Below are positions 40,915 through 55,623 of a stretch of DNA of 64,000 bases, piece by piece. This DNA comes from Eledone cirrhosa. Lineage: Eukaryota. A program made the position numbers and the translations under genes. The notes under the pieces are model-generated. The model saw only the letters and a list, made by a program, of their open reading frames with translations, was not told the DNA's origin and searched no databases. How positions within the stretch are numbered: position 1 is the first letter of the stretch; each line of letters opens with the position of its first letter. Where the stretch lies: NCBI GenBank assembly GCA_964016885.1, contig OZ024746.1, forward strand, positions 13,268,001-13,332,000, given 5' to 3'.

Positions 40915-42371
40915 GTTTATGTAACTTCTCAGTTCCATAAACAGAGATTAAGGACATAAGTACCTACTTGAAAAAAAATAAGCACTGAGGACGATACAAT
41001 CAACTAAATCCCTTGAATTGAAGGTGGCACCCCACCACAATCACAGTCTAATGACTGGAACCAATTTCTTTTTTAAATATTATTTAAAAAACTTAACACT
41101 GATGGTATGTAAAGTTTCTTAATAAACTGCCAGTTTATCAAGTGGTAACATCTTTTAACCCTTTAGCATTTAAACCGGCCATATCCAGCCAGAATTGTCT
41201 CACCTCGTTCAGTCCAAACCAGCTGTAACTGGCAGCTCATACTTATATTAAGGTGTAGTTCTCAAAGTGAATAATATCAAAATCTCATAGATTCGATATT
41301 ATGTGAGATAATTATGTGAGGTAAAGCCTTTACCATGAAAATATAATAGTAAATATAGAGTAATGTAAATGGTAAAGTGTTAAAGTTACACTGTAAATAG
41401 TTCAATATTTGGAGACTCTTTACTAATTAAATGTAAATAGTAACAATTAATGTTCTGAATAAATGGCAAGGGATATATGAGAAACAGACTCATTGGTAGA
41501 ACAATTCTAATATGTAACACAGTAACCCTTTTGATAACAACCTACCCCAAACCCATTCCAATTCTGTAAAGACAGACTTCATCTTTTTAACTATTCATAT
41601 TTAAATGAAAAATAGTGTTAAGGAAGAATATCTTTGTTAACTTATGTTCCAAACACCAGCTTAATAATGAGAAAATTAGTTATATTACTAAATTCCTCCA
41701 AATTCTTGATTATTTTCAAAATTATTTGAATATTGTAGTTGATAGTGTCTTTTATTCAAAATATGGTAACAAAAGTGATATGATACTTCATAGCTCAGCA
41801 ACCTATAAATGTACACAAAACTAATTCTATGAGCAAGTTGTTCCTCAAAAGTAGATATAACTAGATTTTTATATGCTAACATTATATCCAACACCCCAGC
41901 GGCAAATTTGAATACTTTCCATTACTTCTTCAAACATGTATTTTACAGTTGATTTCAACATTGCTGATACTAAAAGAAAGAAACTATTTGTTCAACAAAG
42001 ATAAAATTCCTTGTAATTTCTTATCATTGCAAATTCTAGCCACTTAGTTACAGCTGGTCTCTCTGTTTTCATTGACTGATTCAATGAGTTAAATAGCATT
42101 TTAATATTTTAGCTGAATTATCATTTTAATCCTGTTTTAGGCACATAATACATACATTATCTACATTAATGAACAAGTTACCTCAAATAGCAGTGACTTT
42201 AATGAGCATAGCTGGGAGGTTCCCGGAAATACCAATACACCCACTAGTCTACTATCAAATTTATCTTTTTTTTTTTTTTTCTTTTCTTGCTACATAACTA
42301 TTGCCTTTAGGTTAATTCTGTTTTACAAACTAGATTCAACATGACATCATACTTATCTCTCTCTCAACCAC

Positions 42372-44490
42372 CCCACCACACACACATCCCTGCCAACATA
42401 TGATCTGTTGCTAATTCACACCACACACACACATCCCTGCCAACATATGATCTGTTGCTAATTCACACCACACACACACATCCCTGCCACCATATGATCT
42501 GTTGCTAATTCACACCACACACACATCCCTGCCACCATATGATCTGTTGCTAATTCACACCACACACACACATCCCTGCCACCATATGATCTGTTGCTAA
42601 TTCACACCACACACACACATCCTTGCCACCATATGATCTGTTGCTAATTCACACCACACACACATCCCTGCCACCATATGATCTGTTGCTAATTCACACC
42701 ACACACACATCCCTGCCAACATATGATCTGTTGCTAATTCACACCGCACACACACACACATCCCTGCCAACATATGATCTGTTGCTAATTCACACCACAC
42801 ACACATCCCTGCCAACATATGATCTGTTGCTAATTCACACCACACACACATCCCTGCCAATTCCCACCACACACACATCCCTGCCAACATATGATCTGTT
42901 GCTAATTCACACCACACACACACATCCCTGCCACCATATGATATGTTGCTAATTCCCACCACACACACATCCCTGCCAACATATGATCTGTTGCTAATTC
43001 CCACCACACACACATCCCTGCCAACATATGATCTGTTGCTATTTCCCACCACACACACATCCCTGCCAACATATGATCTGTTGCTAATTCCCACCACACA
43101 CACATCCCTGCCAATTCCCACCACACACACATCCCTGCCAATTCCCACCACACACACATCCCTGCCACCATATGATCTGTTGCTAATTCACACCACACAC
43201 ACACATCCCTGCCACCATATGATCTGTTGCTAATTCACACCACACACACATCCCTGCCACCATATGATCTGTTGCTAATTCACACCACACACACATCCCT
43301 GCCACCATATGATCTGTTGCTAATTCACACCACACACACACATCCCTGCCACCATATGATCTGTTGCTAATTCACACCACACACACACATCCCTGCCAAC
43401 ATATGATCTGTTGCTAATTCCCACCACACACACATCCCTGCCAACATATGATCTGTTGCTATTTCCCACCACACACACATCCCTGCCAACATATGATCTG
43501 TTGCTAATTCCCACCACACACACATCCCTGCCAATTCCCACCACACACACATCCCTGCCAATTCCCACCACACACACATCCCTGCCAACATATGATCTGT
43601 TGCTATTTCCCACCACACACACATCCCTGCCACCATATGATCTGTTGCTAATTCACACCACACACACACATCCCTGCCACCATATGATCTGTTGCTAATT
43701 CCCACCACACACACATCCCTGCCAGCATATGATCTGTTGCTAATTCCCACCACACACACATCCCTGCCAGCATATGATCTGTTGCTAATTCCCACCACAC
43801 ACACATCCCTGCCAGCATATGATCTGTTGCTAATTCCCACCACACACACATCCCTGCCAACATATGATCTGTTGCTAATTCCCACCACACACACATCCCT
43901 GCCAGCATATGATCTGTTGCTAATTCCCACCACACACACATCCCTGCCAATTCCCACCACACAAACATCCCTGCCAACACATGATCTGTTGCTATTTCCC
44001 ACCACACACACATCCCTGCTAATTCCCACCACACACACATCCCTGCCAACATGTGATCTGTTGCTAATTCCCACCACACACACATCCCTGCCAACATATG
44101 ATCTGTTGCTAATTCCCACCACACACACATCCCTGCCAACATGTGATCTGTTGCTAATTCCCACCACACACACACACATCCATGCCAACACATGATCAGT
44201 TGCTAATTCCCACCACACACACATCCCTGCCAACACATGATCGGTTGCTAATTCCCACCACACACACATCCCTGCCAACACCTGATCAGTGCTAATTCCC
44301 ACCACACACACACATCCCTGCCAACACGTGATTGGTTGCTAATTCCCACCACACACACACATCCCTGCCAACACGTGATTGGTTGCTAATTCCCACCACA
44401 CACACACATCCCTGCCAACACGTGATTGGTTGCTAATTCCCACCACACACACACATCCCTGCCAACACGTGATTGGTTGCTAATTCCCAC
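42372..44490. repeat. ~2.1 kb minisatellite, unit about 45-49 bp, with 27-bp deletion units
   Basis: cccaccacacacacatccctgccaacatatgatctgttgctaatt repeated. Confidence 0.98.
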
Positions 44491-44577
44491 AATGCTCAAG
44501 TGAAGTGCAACCTTTATTAAAATATTCTTCACATATCTGTAATGATGACGGTACTGCCTACTCATTATCATACATTC

Positions 44578-44768
44578 GGTGGATTTGCAGTATCGGTAGA
44601 GGGTGGGACGCCATGCTTTGCAGCAAAGAGTTACGGCCCTTTATGGTCTGAGTTCAAATCCCGCCGATGTCAACGTTTCCTTTCATCCTTACGGGGTCGA
44701 TAAAATAAAGTACCAGTAATACACTGGGATAATTGCTGGCCTTGTGCCAAAAGAAGAAACAATTATTA
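44578..44768 (+). mobile_element. SINE A, young
   Basis: Close match to 13007-13196. Confidence 0.9.
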
Positions 44769-45087
44769 TCCAACAGAAAGCCATTTGGCTGATTGCTAAA
44801 ATACTTGACATGCTGAAATCAACAGCTCACAGATGCAATGTTTGTTTTTGTTTTTCCATTATTATAACATCTACTCCTCTAAATTAGGTACCCACTCCTC
44901 TTGTTATCCAGTTCTCTAGAATACTCAGTCCAGTCCAGTCCAGTCCAGTCCAGTCCAGCCCAGCCCAGTCCAGCACAGCATTCATTTTTCCTACAGAAGG
45001 TCAGCTGAACATGAACCACATCAATCTCACCAACCTGAGAAGTCCTGTAAAAGGTCACAGTTAATACTCTCCGCCTTTCACTAAATA

Positions 45088-45295
45088 ATACTTTCTAATT
45101 TTAGCACAAGGCCAGCAATTTTAAGGGGGCAGGAAATTTGATTATATAGAGACCCATATATATAGACTAATACTTATTTTGGAAGGGTGGCAAAGTTGAC
45201 CTGAGCAGCATCTGAACCCAGGACGTAAAGAACTGGAAGAAATACTGCTAAACATTTGTCCAACACTCTAACAACTCTGCTAATCCACCTCTCAC
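45088..45295 (-). mobile_element. SINE A, diverged
   Basis: gcacaaggccagcaatttt...ggcaaagttgacc. Confidence 0.65.
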
Positions 45296-46549
45296 TAAAT
45301 AATATTAATAAAATGCTTATAAACTTAAGGGCCACTTCCGTATTTCCAATTTCCTAGTTTAGCACTAAACAAGATCAAGTTTTGATCTAACAAAAGTATT
45401 TTCATCGAATATTCCTCTATAGCTACATCATTGGGAATAGCAAATTAGCAGGGCAGGCTTTTATAAAGCAATTACTTTACATTTATGAGAGTATTGTATG
45501 GACCTGTAACTCCTGACATAATTGTAGTCGCACCATCATGACTTGGGTAATTGAAACCTGGCAGAGCCTATCTTTCTCTCTCTGGATCTAAATAGTGAAT
45601 TCAAGGAAGGAAAGAGATTGACAGAGAAGAAGTGAGAGAGAGAGAGAGAGAGAGAGTGACAGAGAGGAAATGAGAGCGAGAGAGTGATAGAGAGGAAGTG
45701 ACAGACAGTGATAGAGAGGAAGTGAGAGAGAGTGACAGAGAGGAAGTGAAAGAGAGAGTGAGAGAGACGAAGTGAGAGTGACAGAGAGGAAGTGAGAGAG
45801 AGTCAGAGAGGGAGAGAGTCAGAGAGGAAGTGAGAGTGAGAGTCAGAGAGACGAAGTGACAGAGAAGCATAAAAGGATAAAAGATAAAGTTGATCAAGGC
45901 AGGATTTGAACAGTGTAGAGAGCCAGAATTAGAATACTGACTTAACCCTTTAGCATTTAAACCTGCCATATCCGGCCAGAATTCTCTAACCTCTTCCTGT
46001 TCAAACCGGCTGTAGCCGGTTGCTCATACTGATGTTAAGGTATTGTTCTCAAAGTAAATAATATCAACATCTCATAGATTCAATATTATGTGAGATAATT
46101 ATGTGAGATAAACCCTTTACCATTAAAATATAATAGTATATAGAGTAATGTAAATGGTAAAGAGTTAAATCTGCTGTAAACTGCTTTACTTTAATTGAAA
46201 ACAACAAAAAATGTGTAAAAGTAGATGAAAGTGGTGAAATTCAAAATGGAAACCAGCAATAAAATCAAAATGGAATGTAAAAATCTAACTTAGCTTTACT
46301 GAATTATCAAAATGAACGAATAAACGCTTTGAAATATGTAAAACATACACCTCCCCCACGCTAACCTTATTATTTTTTAATATTTTTTAAACAACTTTGA
46401 ATTTCTGTTTTGAACATTATAGAATGTTAAATCTTTGTGGAATGGCGTGAAAAGGAAATTTAAAAGAATGTTTGATACTTGAAAGGATATGTGCTTTTAT
46501 GGTGTGAAGAAATAGAGTCAGGAAACTGCTTTGTTTCAAAATGATGGTA

Positions 46550-46940
46550 CATTGTTATATATCATTACATCGTATAGAAACATAATTGTACTTATTGTTA
46601 TATATCATCACATCTTGTAGAAACATAATTGTACTTATTGTTATATATCATTACATCTTGTAGAAAATTAATTGTATTTATTGTTATATATCATCACATC
46701 TTGTAGAAAAATAATTGTATTTATTGTTATATATTATTACATCTTGTAGAAACATAATTGTATTTATTGTTATATATCATTACATCTTGTAGAAACATAA
46801 TTGTACTTATTGTTATATATCATTACATCTTGTAGAAACATAATTGTATTTACTGTTATATATCATTACATCTTGTAGAAACATAATTGTATTTATTGTT
46901 ATATATCATTACATCTTGTAGAAACATAATTGTACTTATT
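46550..46940. repeat. 43-bp AT-rich minisatellite, about 9 copies
   Basis: aaacataattgtacttattgttatatatcattacatcttgtag repeated. Confidence 0.95.
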
Positions 46941-49559
46941 GTCCTCATTTTTAGATTTTTATTGTTCAGATTTATTTTATTCATTTTTATCAAAGAAATC
47001 TCACGATCATTATATAATTTGTGCATTAATACTATATTATTGTCCACATTTATGTAATGTAAGACAGTATATAATTGATATTAAAACTAAATACATTCAG
47101 AATATAGTTTTCATAAATATAAGAGATATATAAATGTCTGACAGTTGTATATAGAACCTGACCCTTTATGTAAGTCGTAAGAAATATTTTCTCAAGGTGC
47201 AGCATTACATGTTTCTGGGTGGGAAAAAAAAGCTTTTTTTTTCCTTTTGGTGTGGAATCTCTGAATTTCAAAACATAGAAACCCCAAAACTGCTTTTTTT
47301 TTTTAAAATAATAATAATAAGATAGAGGTGGCAGGGTGCATGATTTACCTATTTTGCAGCATTTCCTTATTCATTTTGGTAATTCAGGAAAGCTAAGTTA
47401 GATTTTTATATTCTTCATTGATCAACCTATTCTTAATTATACTGCATTCATCTCATTTTACACAAAAATCCCTCCCTCCCTTAAATAAACCTCCAACAAT
47501 TACAGTGAAATATTCTAATGAAAGCGTTATAGACAGTGTCTTTCATTAGAAATATTGTAATGAAAGGTTAAATGATATAGGCAGTGTCTTTCATTAGAAA
47601 TATTGTAATGAAAGGGTTAATGACATAGACAGAGTCTTTCATTAGAAATATTGTAATGAAAGGGTTTAAAAATTGTTCCTGTATTAACTTTTCATGAGTC
47701 CAAATCATTGTGTAATCATCTTTTTGTGTTTCTTATTTGAGTGTAATTAATTCTAGAATGAAAATTAAACTTTGAACTAATGAGTTAAGAGGGTGATAAT
47801 TTAATATAATTTAATTATAGCAATATTAAGAATTATTAAGTGTTTGAATTAATGAGCTCCTCCTCTTTCAATACAAGACATTTATTTTTCTTCAGTTATG
47901 TAATAACCTTTCAAGAACAATAATGTAAAATTTGACAAAAAGTGTTGGAATTGGTGGGTAAATTCTAAATAATGTTGAACAAATCTAGTCTAATAGATTG
48001 AGCGTGTGTTTCGGAATCAATATTGTTATTCCTTATTTGAAATATTCCTAAAGATTATACTGATATTATTTCATTCGTATTTGAAAATAAACTGCACACT
48101 TTTCCATGAAAGAAAATATATGTGGGTGAGTTGAAAAATGCATAAGCTGACCATGAAGGAGTGATGTTAGAGCTGTGAAATCTTGCATGCATTAATTTCA
48201 ACTCTTCTTATTAATAACTGCATTGTTTCTTTTCAGGTAAACTGGCATCTGACTGTTCAAAAAGACTTCAAAGGTAACTAGTAGTGACTTCTCTAAATAT
48301 TTCAAAAGTGCCATGCTTCCTGTTCATGATGAAGCAATTTTGGTGTCTCCGCTGCGAAACACCAATATGTGCATAGACAGCAACTGCTAGACTAAGACAT
48401 GTACCTTAGATTGAAAACAAAGTTCCAAATAGTTAAAGCCAACAATACCATTTATTTTTGCTTCAGTCAATTCCTACAGAACTATTACCATTTTGTCCTC
48501 ATAACACAATACTATACTATGTTGGAATAGGTACATTAGATGTTTACACTCATTTATTTTCTCTTTTTTTTTTTATGAAAATGTTATTAAAATCCAAGAG
48601 TATATTTTTCTAACAGTATCAATGTTTCTGTTTAATATGGTATCTGTACAAAGAATTCTTCTGAAAGTTGCCAATAATGAAATGTAGGAGACCTTTAGAT
48701 TTTTTGATTTTAGAAAGTAGTATGAACATTTCTTTTCAAAGTAATACTTCAAATAAAAAGCAATTAGTCTAAATCATTATCATCACCGTTTAACATCCAT
48801 TTTTCCACACTGACATGGGTTAGGCAAATGATCAAAGAAAATCTAACAGTTTATTAGTAATAATGCTATTTGATATTTTTATGGATATATTTTCCCACGT
48901 ATTTAGATGCAACACAAATGTCTTTGTGAAGATTTACATTGTTCATGAAGTAAAGGGTAGAGTAAGAAATAAATGAATTATAACCTTTCAAATCTATATG
49001 TAATATGAGTCATTGTGATGGTATGTATTATAATGAGTTGAAGTTATGTTAATGTTATTCTTAATAAGCCCCCCCCCCCCCCCCTCCCCTGCTTTAGTAG
49101 GATTGACTTCATAATGTTTATATGTCTAAGTAATTTCATATCATTAGGTACTGGCAAATTAAAAACAACTTAATTGTTTTTACCAATGCTTTTGTAATTG
49201 GGATATTCACATCCTGTTTTAGATTGATGACAGAACCATCTGAAATTGTATCTGCAATTTACATAGACAATGATTTTGCATAGCTAGTAATCAATGTATC
49301 TTTAGCTGCATCAGCAAGAAACTCAAACAAATAATGTATTAATGAGTAATTCTGTTTAAATAGATTAGTATTTACACAACCCAAGCGTGGAAAGAGAGAC
49401 ATTAAATGTTGATGATGATGACAACCTACATAATTATCCTTTTACAAATAGTATTTGTCATTAAAATACAAGCTGAAAATAAAAATTTTTAGTTTATTTG
49501 TTTTTCTGCTGGTTTATTCTGAAGGGATGAGCTGTGACCAAAATCTTCAAAAACCCTCC

Positions 49560-49850
49560 AAGATTGGTGAGATTTATGTGCTGATGCCCATGTACAACTT
49601 ACAAGTTGAATATGGCAGAAGAAAAACATAGGCAAGGAGGGAATTCCAATGGGATGACATTCTGAGGGGGAAGAACTGGGTATTTAAGGGTTAAGTGTGA
49701 GCTATGAGAGTAGTGCAGTGTGGGTGACAAGAGGAGGTGGAAGTAGTAAATCATATGGGCCTGTGTAAAGGTGGCACAAGATCAGTTAGCTCTAAGATCA
49801 TTATAGACAATGGGGGAAACAGACAATAGTGTGAAAGTGGGGGATATGAA
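49560..49850 (-). mobile_element. Decayed CR1-like LINE 3' end
   Basis: Minus strand shows remnants resembling the ...EL..LVPP...SSFP....WNSL..YNL C-terminus of CR1-group RTs, with frameshifts. Confidence 0.45.
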
Positions 49851-50742
49851 GATGAACTATATTAAAAAGAATTAATACAAAATGTCTTATAAGATTCAGA
49901 GTTTTTAAAAATACAACAATCAAACAAAACTGTTCACAACACATAACAGGATAACAAATACAAAAAATTAGTTTATTGAGGAGAAAATATATTAATGGTA
50001 CTTATACGAATCCACACTCTCCAGTTTAACACTATCATGTAACCCTTAGCTACTTTTAGCAGCCGAAGGATATCAAAATGTTCTACCCTTTCTCCTATCA
50101 GTCCCAGATGTGATACTAAAAGGTCACAGGTATAGTCTTTTCTCCTCTAACTAAACCATAAAATAATGTTTCCATTACATTATTTAAATTATGGTTTTAA
50201 AATCTCATAACAAATTAAGCCCCTTAACCTTTTCGATACCAAACTACCTGAAACTGCAGTTTTGTATTATAGAACCAGAGGCAGTCTCGGGTGGGTTAGT
50301 ATGTTCCATTGGAAAATGGAATGATTAACCCCTTTGATACTAACCCATTAAAAACTACCCTAATTCAATGATGACAAACCTTTGATATTAACCCACCAAA
50401 AACATCCCAATTCAATGATACTAACCCACCCAAAACCAGCCCAATTCAATAATAACAAACCTCTTGTTTTAATGTACTTATATATAAATAAGAAATAATG
50501 TTATAGAAGGATATTTCTATTAAGCTAATATACTGAACACCAGCTTAATAAAACAGTTATTTTACCAAATTCTTTCAAATTGACTATTTACAAAATCAAC
50601 TGCAAAATATAGGTGTATTACATTAGAAAAAATAACATGGAGTGGTTAAAAGCAGCCACATAAATCAGGTTGACAGGAAAGAATATAAACAAAAAATAAA
50701 CTAGGCTTCAGAAAAAAACTAAAATAATAAAACAAAACCTAC

Positions 50743-50828
50743 CACAAGATGGTCTCCAGTCTTTTGATCCACCAAAAAACAAGCAAATCCAAGTTGTAAT
50801 TGAGGCTTCCCCAAATCGTCATCTTCAT
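50743..50828 (-). CDS. Exon B: (D)EDDDLGKPQLQLGFACFLVDQKTGDHLV
   Basis: Acceptor ttttttctttgtag, donor GTG|gtaggt. 86 nt, phase 1 in and phase 0 out, in frame with exons A and C. Confidence 0.88.
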
Positions 50829-52603
50829 CTACAAAGAAAAAACAGGATGATGATATGCATGTGTGTGTGTGCATGCGTGTGTGTATATATGTGTTTCTTC
50901 ACATTCGACATTGCAGGTGGTGATATTTGTTTATGTTCCACATAAAAGGAGATCCTGCAACTCAATGATTAAATGTGCAAAGATCAGTTCTTTACTTATA
51001 AAAACAAGTGAGTGTTGACATCAGGAAGGGTATCTGACCATAGAATTCTACCTCAAAATGCGTATACCAGTATGGAATAAGACATCAACATCATTATCAT
51101 GATGCCTTATTTGGGACTATTTGACTATTTCTAACAAGTTAAACAACCACATAATTGCTTCCTTGGTGATTTGATATTTTTATTCATAAGCTGGTATTTG
51201 GAACACAAGGTTTTATGTAAAACTATGTTGGAACAACAAGATTCTTATAATAAACTATGCTGGAATATATCTAAATTAACAATCATACAAGAAAAGTTTA
51301 GATTTTAATTAAAATATCAACACATTAATACTTTTTATACCAGCCTGCCCCAAACCACGTTCTGTGGAAAGAAAAGCCCCACCCATTTTAACCCTTTAGC
51401 ATTCACATTACTCTATATATACTATTATATTTTCATGGTAAAGGCTTTACCTCACATAATATCGAATCTATGAGATTTTGAAAGTATTTATTTTGAGAAC
51501 AATACCTTAACATCAGTTTGAGCAACCAGTTACAGCCAGTTTCAACAGAAAGCGGTTGAGAATTCTGGCCAGTTTTGGCTCGTTTGAACATTAAAGGATT
51601 AAAGGGCTTTTATTTAAATCAAAATCTTCCACTTCCAGCATAATTTCATATGACACTTATAATATAATTACATCTTATTAATGAAATAATAAATAATTCC
51701 TTCAATTTCTTCACAAATTAATTAAAATACAGTGTATTTCAATAAAAATATTGTATGAAAGGGTTAATATAGGCATTTTGATAACATGGGTTAAGCCCTG
51801 GGCAGGTTGGTATTAAAAAGTTTTGGTTAAAGATATAAAAAGAAATTTGAAAAATCGCCACCTCAAAAAATGGGGGGGGGGGCATCTATTGTTGAAGAAA
51901 AAAGCTAAAGCTGTATTTCATGGTGAGAAGTGGGATCAGAAAAAGTTCAAAATAAATTAACAAAATACCAATTATTCCACTGAAAGATGATCACCAAAGT
52001 TATTCTATTCAAAATTACATGTAAGCAAATATTTTCTTAATTTTTTTTTTTAAATCCTAATTTTGATTTTAAGAAAATAAAACTGTACACATGAACTTAT
52101 CTTGTTTGATAAATATTATTTTAATGGGTTTTTTCTGCTGATGCTAGTTGCTTAGATTTAATTCTTTGGATTCCAAATAGTTTGATAACATACAAGGGGG
52201 AACATAAAGGTTTAGGAAGGAAAGAAAGGTAGAAAGAAAACAGAGTAAAAGAGGTCAAGAAGAAAGGAATGAAGGAAGTGTAGAAGGGGGAAGGGAGAAG
52301 TTAAGAGAAATTATTTAAAAGGATAAGGAAGGAAGGAAACAAAGAAGAGGAAGAAAAGGAGAGAAGATATAAATAAGGAAGGGGGAAAGGAAAGGGTGAA
52401 GAAGAGAAGGAAGATAAGTAAAGAAGTAGGATGTAGAATAGGGTGAGGTAGAATCAAGAGTATGATATAAAGATTTTAACAGACATTTTCAAAATGGTTA
52501 ACTTAGCACCAAGCCTTGAATTTGGAGGAAGGATATAGTTTAATTGTCAAACTCAAAATGATAAAAGTCAAGACTGGTAGTATTTGAACTCAGAAGGTAT
52601 CTT

Positions 52604-52975
52604 ATAATAATTGTTTCTACTTTAGGCACAAGGCCAGCAATTACCCAGTGCATTACTAATGGTTTCTGATTTAGACACAAGGCCAAAAATTTTGGGGAGG
52701 GGAATGCCAATTAAATCTACCCAAGTGCATTACTGGTACTTTATTTTATCAACCCCAGTGAGGATGAAAAGGGACATTCTTATAATAATTGTTTCTACTT
52801 TTGGCACAAGGCCAGCAATTATCCCAGTGTATTACTGGTGCTTTATTTTATCGACCCCGTAAGGATGAAAGGCAAAGTTAACTTCGGCGGGATTTGAACT
52901 CGGAACGTAAAGGGCCATAACTCTATGCCTCAAAGCATGTTGTCTGACGCTCTACTGATACAGCCAATCCACCAA
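52604..52975 (-). mobile_element. Nested and truncated SINE A copies
   Basis: Three cacaaggcca tails; a full copy at about 52783-52973. Confidence 0.85.
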
Positions 52976-53399
52976 TAATGATTTCTAACATAGGTACAAG
53001 GTGACAAATAGTCACTACTACTTGACTATTGACCCCAGAACATAACATGTAACTGCCAATTCAATGCCCATATATATTATATATTATTTCTAACTTCTCC
53101 ACATCATTTGTTTCACCACACAGACAGATAAAGCAACAAAGAATTTATGGAAGTGTAAAGTTGGTCAAATTGAACCCCCTTTGCACTTATTTTATCAATC
53201 TGCTGAACTCAGAATATCAGTTCAAGGCACTTAAAGCCTACCATTTCTGTTATTCTACTGCATTAATATTGATTTAACTTTAGTACAAGGTCACAAATCT
53301 ATAGAAAGCATTAAACTGCATTGATATGTAATTGTCTTGTACTTATTTGTACTTGCATCTGTTTTCTCAGGATTTGAACTTGAAACATATGGAAGTAAA

Positions 53400-53615
53400 T
53401 ATTGGTTTTTAATTTAGACACAAGGGCAGCAAATTTGGGGGAAGGATAAAGTTGATTAAATCAACTCCAGTACTTGACTGGTACTTTATTTTATTGACCT
53501 CAGAAGGATGAAAGACAAAGCTAATCTCAGTGGGATTTGAACCCAGAATGTTAAGAGTCAAAAATATTACAATGACATTTTATCCAACATTGTGTCTATT
53601 CTGCCAATCTACCAT
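53400..53615 (-). mobile_element. SINE A, diverged
   Basis: ctggtactttattttattgacc...ggatgaaagacaaag. Confidence 0.75.
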
Positions 53616-54435
53616 GATGGAACTAAATATTACAAAGTATTTAATCTAAGAACCATCTTTGCCATTCCATTACTTCAATAACTCTCACTAAAATAACTTA
53701 ATTTCTTATCTCATTAACCAAAATAAAAATATGTGAGCCTTTAAGACAACAGTATTTATTTTATCTTGCTTTCATCATTAATAGAAATTGTTAGAGATAT
53801 ATATGCCACTTCCTGAACAAACACCGTTATACTTCCACAATCTGGTGAAAAGAAATACAAATAAAAAGCAGACATTATCCAGCTAAATTCTAGTTTCTGC
53901 AATCAACAGTAGTCATGAAATGGTTAAAATGAGACACATATTATTTAATGTATTAATAGCTCCAAGTATTGTATTACAACACCTGTACTAAAGACTCATT
54001 TTTTCATAGATGAGATGAGTTGGAGCTGATAGTCAGATTTTAACTACATAATATTATAACACTGAAACTTTTCTGGTGAAGAATAAGTATAGAATCCTAT
54101 TAGGTTTAAAAATTTGGAGTGTAAGTTAGGGAAAGATATTAATTTTTCTTTACAAGAGTCGGTTGAAAAAAACCATAAACTTTCATAAGTACATGAAATA
54201 TAAAGTATTGGTGGCTTTGCTTGGAATAACATTTTCCATTTCTAAAAATATAGAATTTTAACTTTAGATTCAATGGTTTGTAGCAGTAGAAACAGGCAAA
54301 GAAACAACTTGTCTGCAAGCAAGTGGTTGTAGTGTGCTGGAGAGCAAGTCTTTACCAACCAGCCAGCCTGATGTGTAGGTGTGTGTATATATGTGTGTGT
54401 GTGTTTCTCTCTCTCTCTCTCCATGTGTGTGTGTG

Positions 54436-54470
<35 letters not shown>

Positions 54471-55397
54471 ATGTATGTGTGTCTCTCTCTCTCTCTCTGT
54501 ATGTATGTGTGTGTGTGTGTGTCTCTCTCTCTCTCTCTCTCTCTCTGTGGGTGTGTGTGTAAGGAGAGAGGCAGCTGCACTGTTTCGAGTACATAAGCAG
54601 TATTTTAATGGTAGTCACAGTGAAATCCTGTAGAGGATGATGAATTATAATTGAAATATTTTCTAAACCAAAAGAGAAATCCTAGTCTTTGAGATGCAGT
54701 TTTTACAATGTTATATATACGTATGAGGTTGACATGAAAATCAGAGATTGTGAGGTTTAATATTTGTAGTAACTTGAGATTTAGATGTGTGTTGATTATA
54801 CATAAAGATAAACCAAGTATATGTAAGAAAGGTGCAGTGCAAGCAGTTTACTTGATATGTATAGTACATTTCTTTGAGCTGTTGAGGTCTCTGTTCATAG
54901 AAAGAGAGGAAGATTAAGAAGTGAAAAGTGGTAATTGTCTGCATAGAAGTGTCATAAGAAGTAACAATAACTATATGTATGTATGGTGGAGTCATATGGG
55001 TGTTTTAAACCTGGTGGAGCCCATCCTTCTCCAGGTCTGAACTCCATGAGTGCAGATAGCAGGAATGAGTATCATAAAGCATTCTATCCGCCATTGTAAG
55101 AGTTCTACCAGTTTATTGCCTATGTCAATAACTAGGTCATTAATATACAGAGGGGAAAATTTTGGAAACATAACTTAACCCTGATTTGCAACAGAATTGA
55201 TAGAATATGTATCAGAAATAATCAAAGAGCAGATTAACAAGTAACTTCTGGAGTAAGAGATGAAACAGGATGAAGCCCATAAATAAAAAAGTTCTTAAGT
55301 CAAACATAGTTGAAAGTTTTTGTAATGTCAAATGTAACAACATTGTTTTAGATGATAAAAGAAGACAAGTGAATGATGTCATCTCCTGTATATCAGT

Positions 55398-55623
55398 TTA
55401 ACCCTTTAGCATTTAAACTGGCCATATCTGGCCACAATTCTCTCACCTCTTTCTGTTCAAACCGGCTGTAACTGGCCGCTCATACTGATGTTAAGTATTG
55501 TTCTCAAAATAAATAATATCAAAATCTCAGATTCGATGTTATGTAAGATAAATATGTGAGATAAAGCTTTTACTGTGAAAATATAATAGTAAATATAGAG
55601 TAATGTAAATGCTAAAGGGTTAA
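55398..55623 (+). mobile_element. piggyBac-type MITE family A (~225 bp); other copies at 16452-16631, 22766-22983, 41155-41383, 45942-46168, 51388-51602, 57091-57305
   Basis: ttaa|ccctttagcattta...taaatgctaaaggg|ttaa gives TIRs with a TTAA target duplication. Seven homologous copies in both orientations. Confidence 0.9.
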
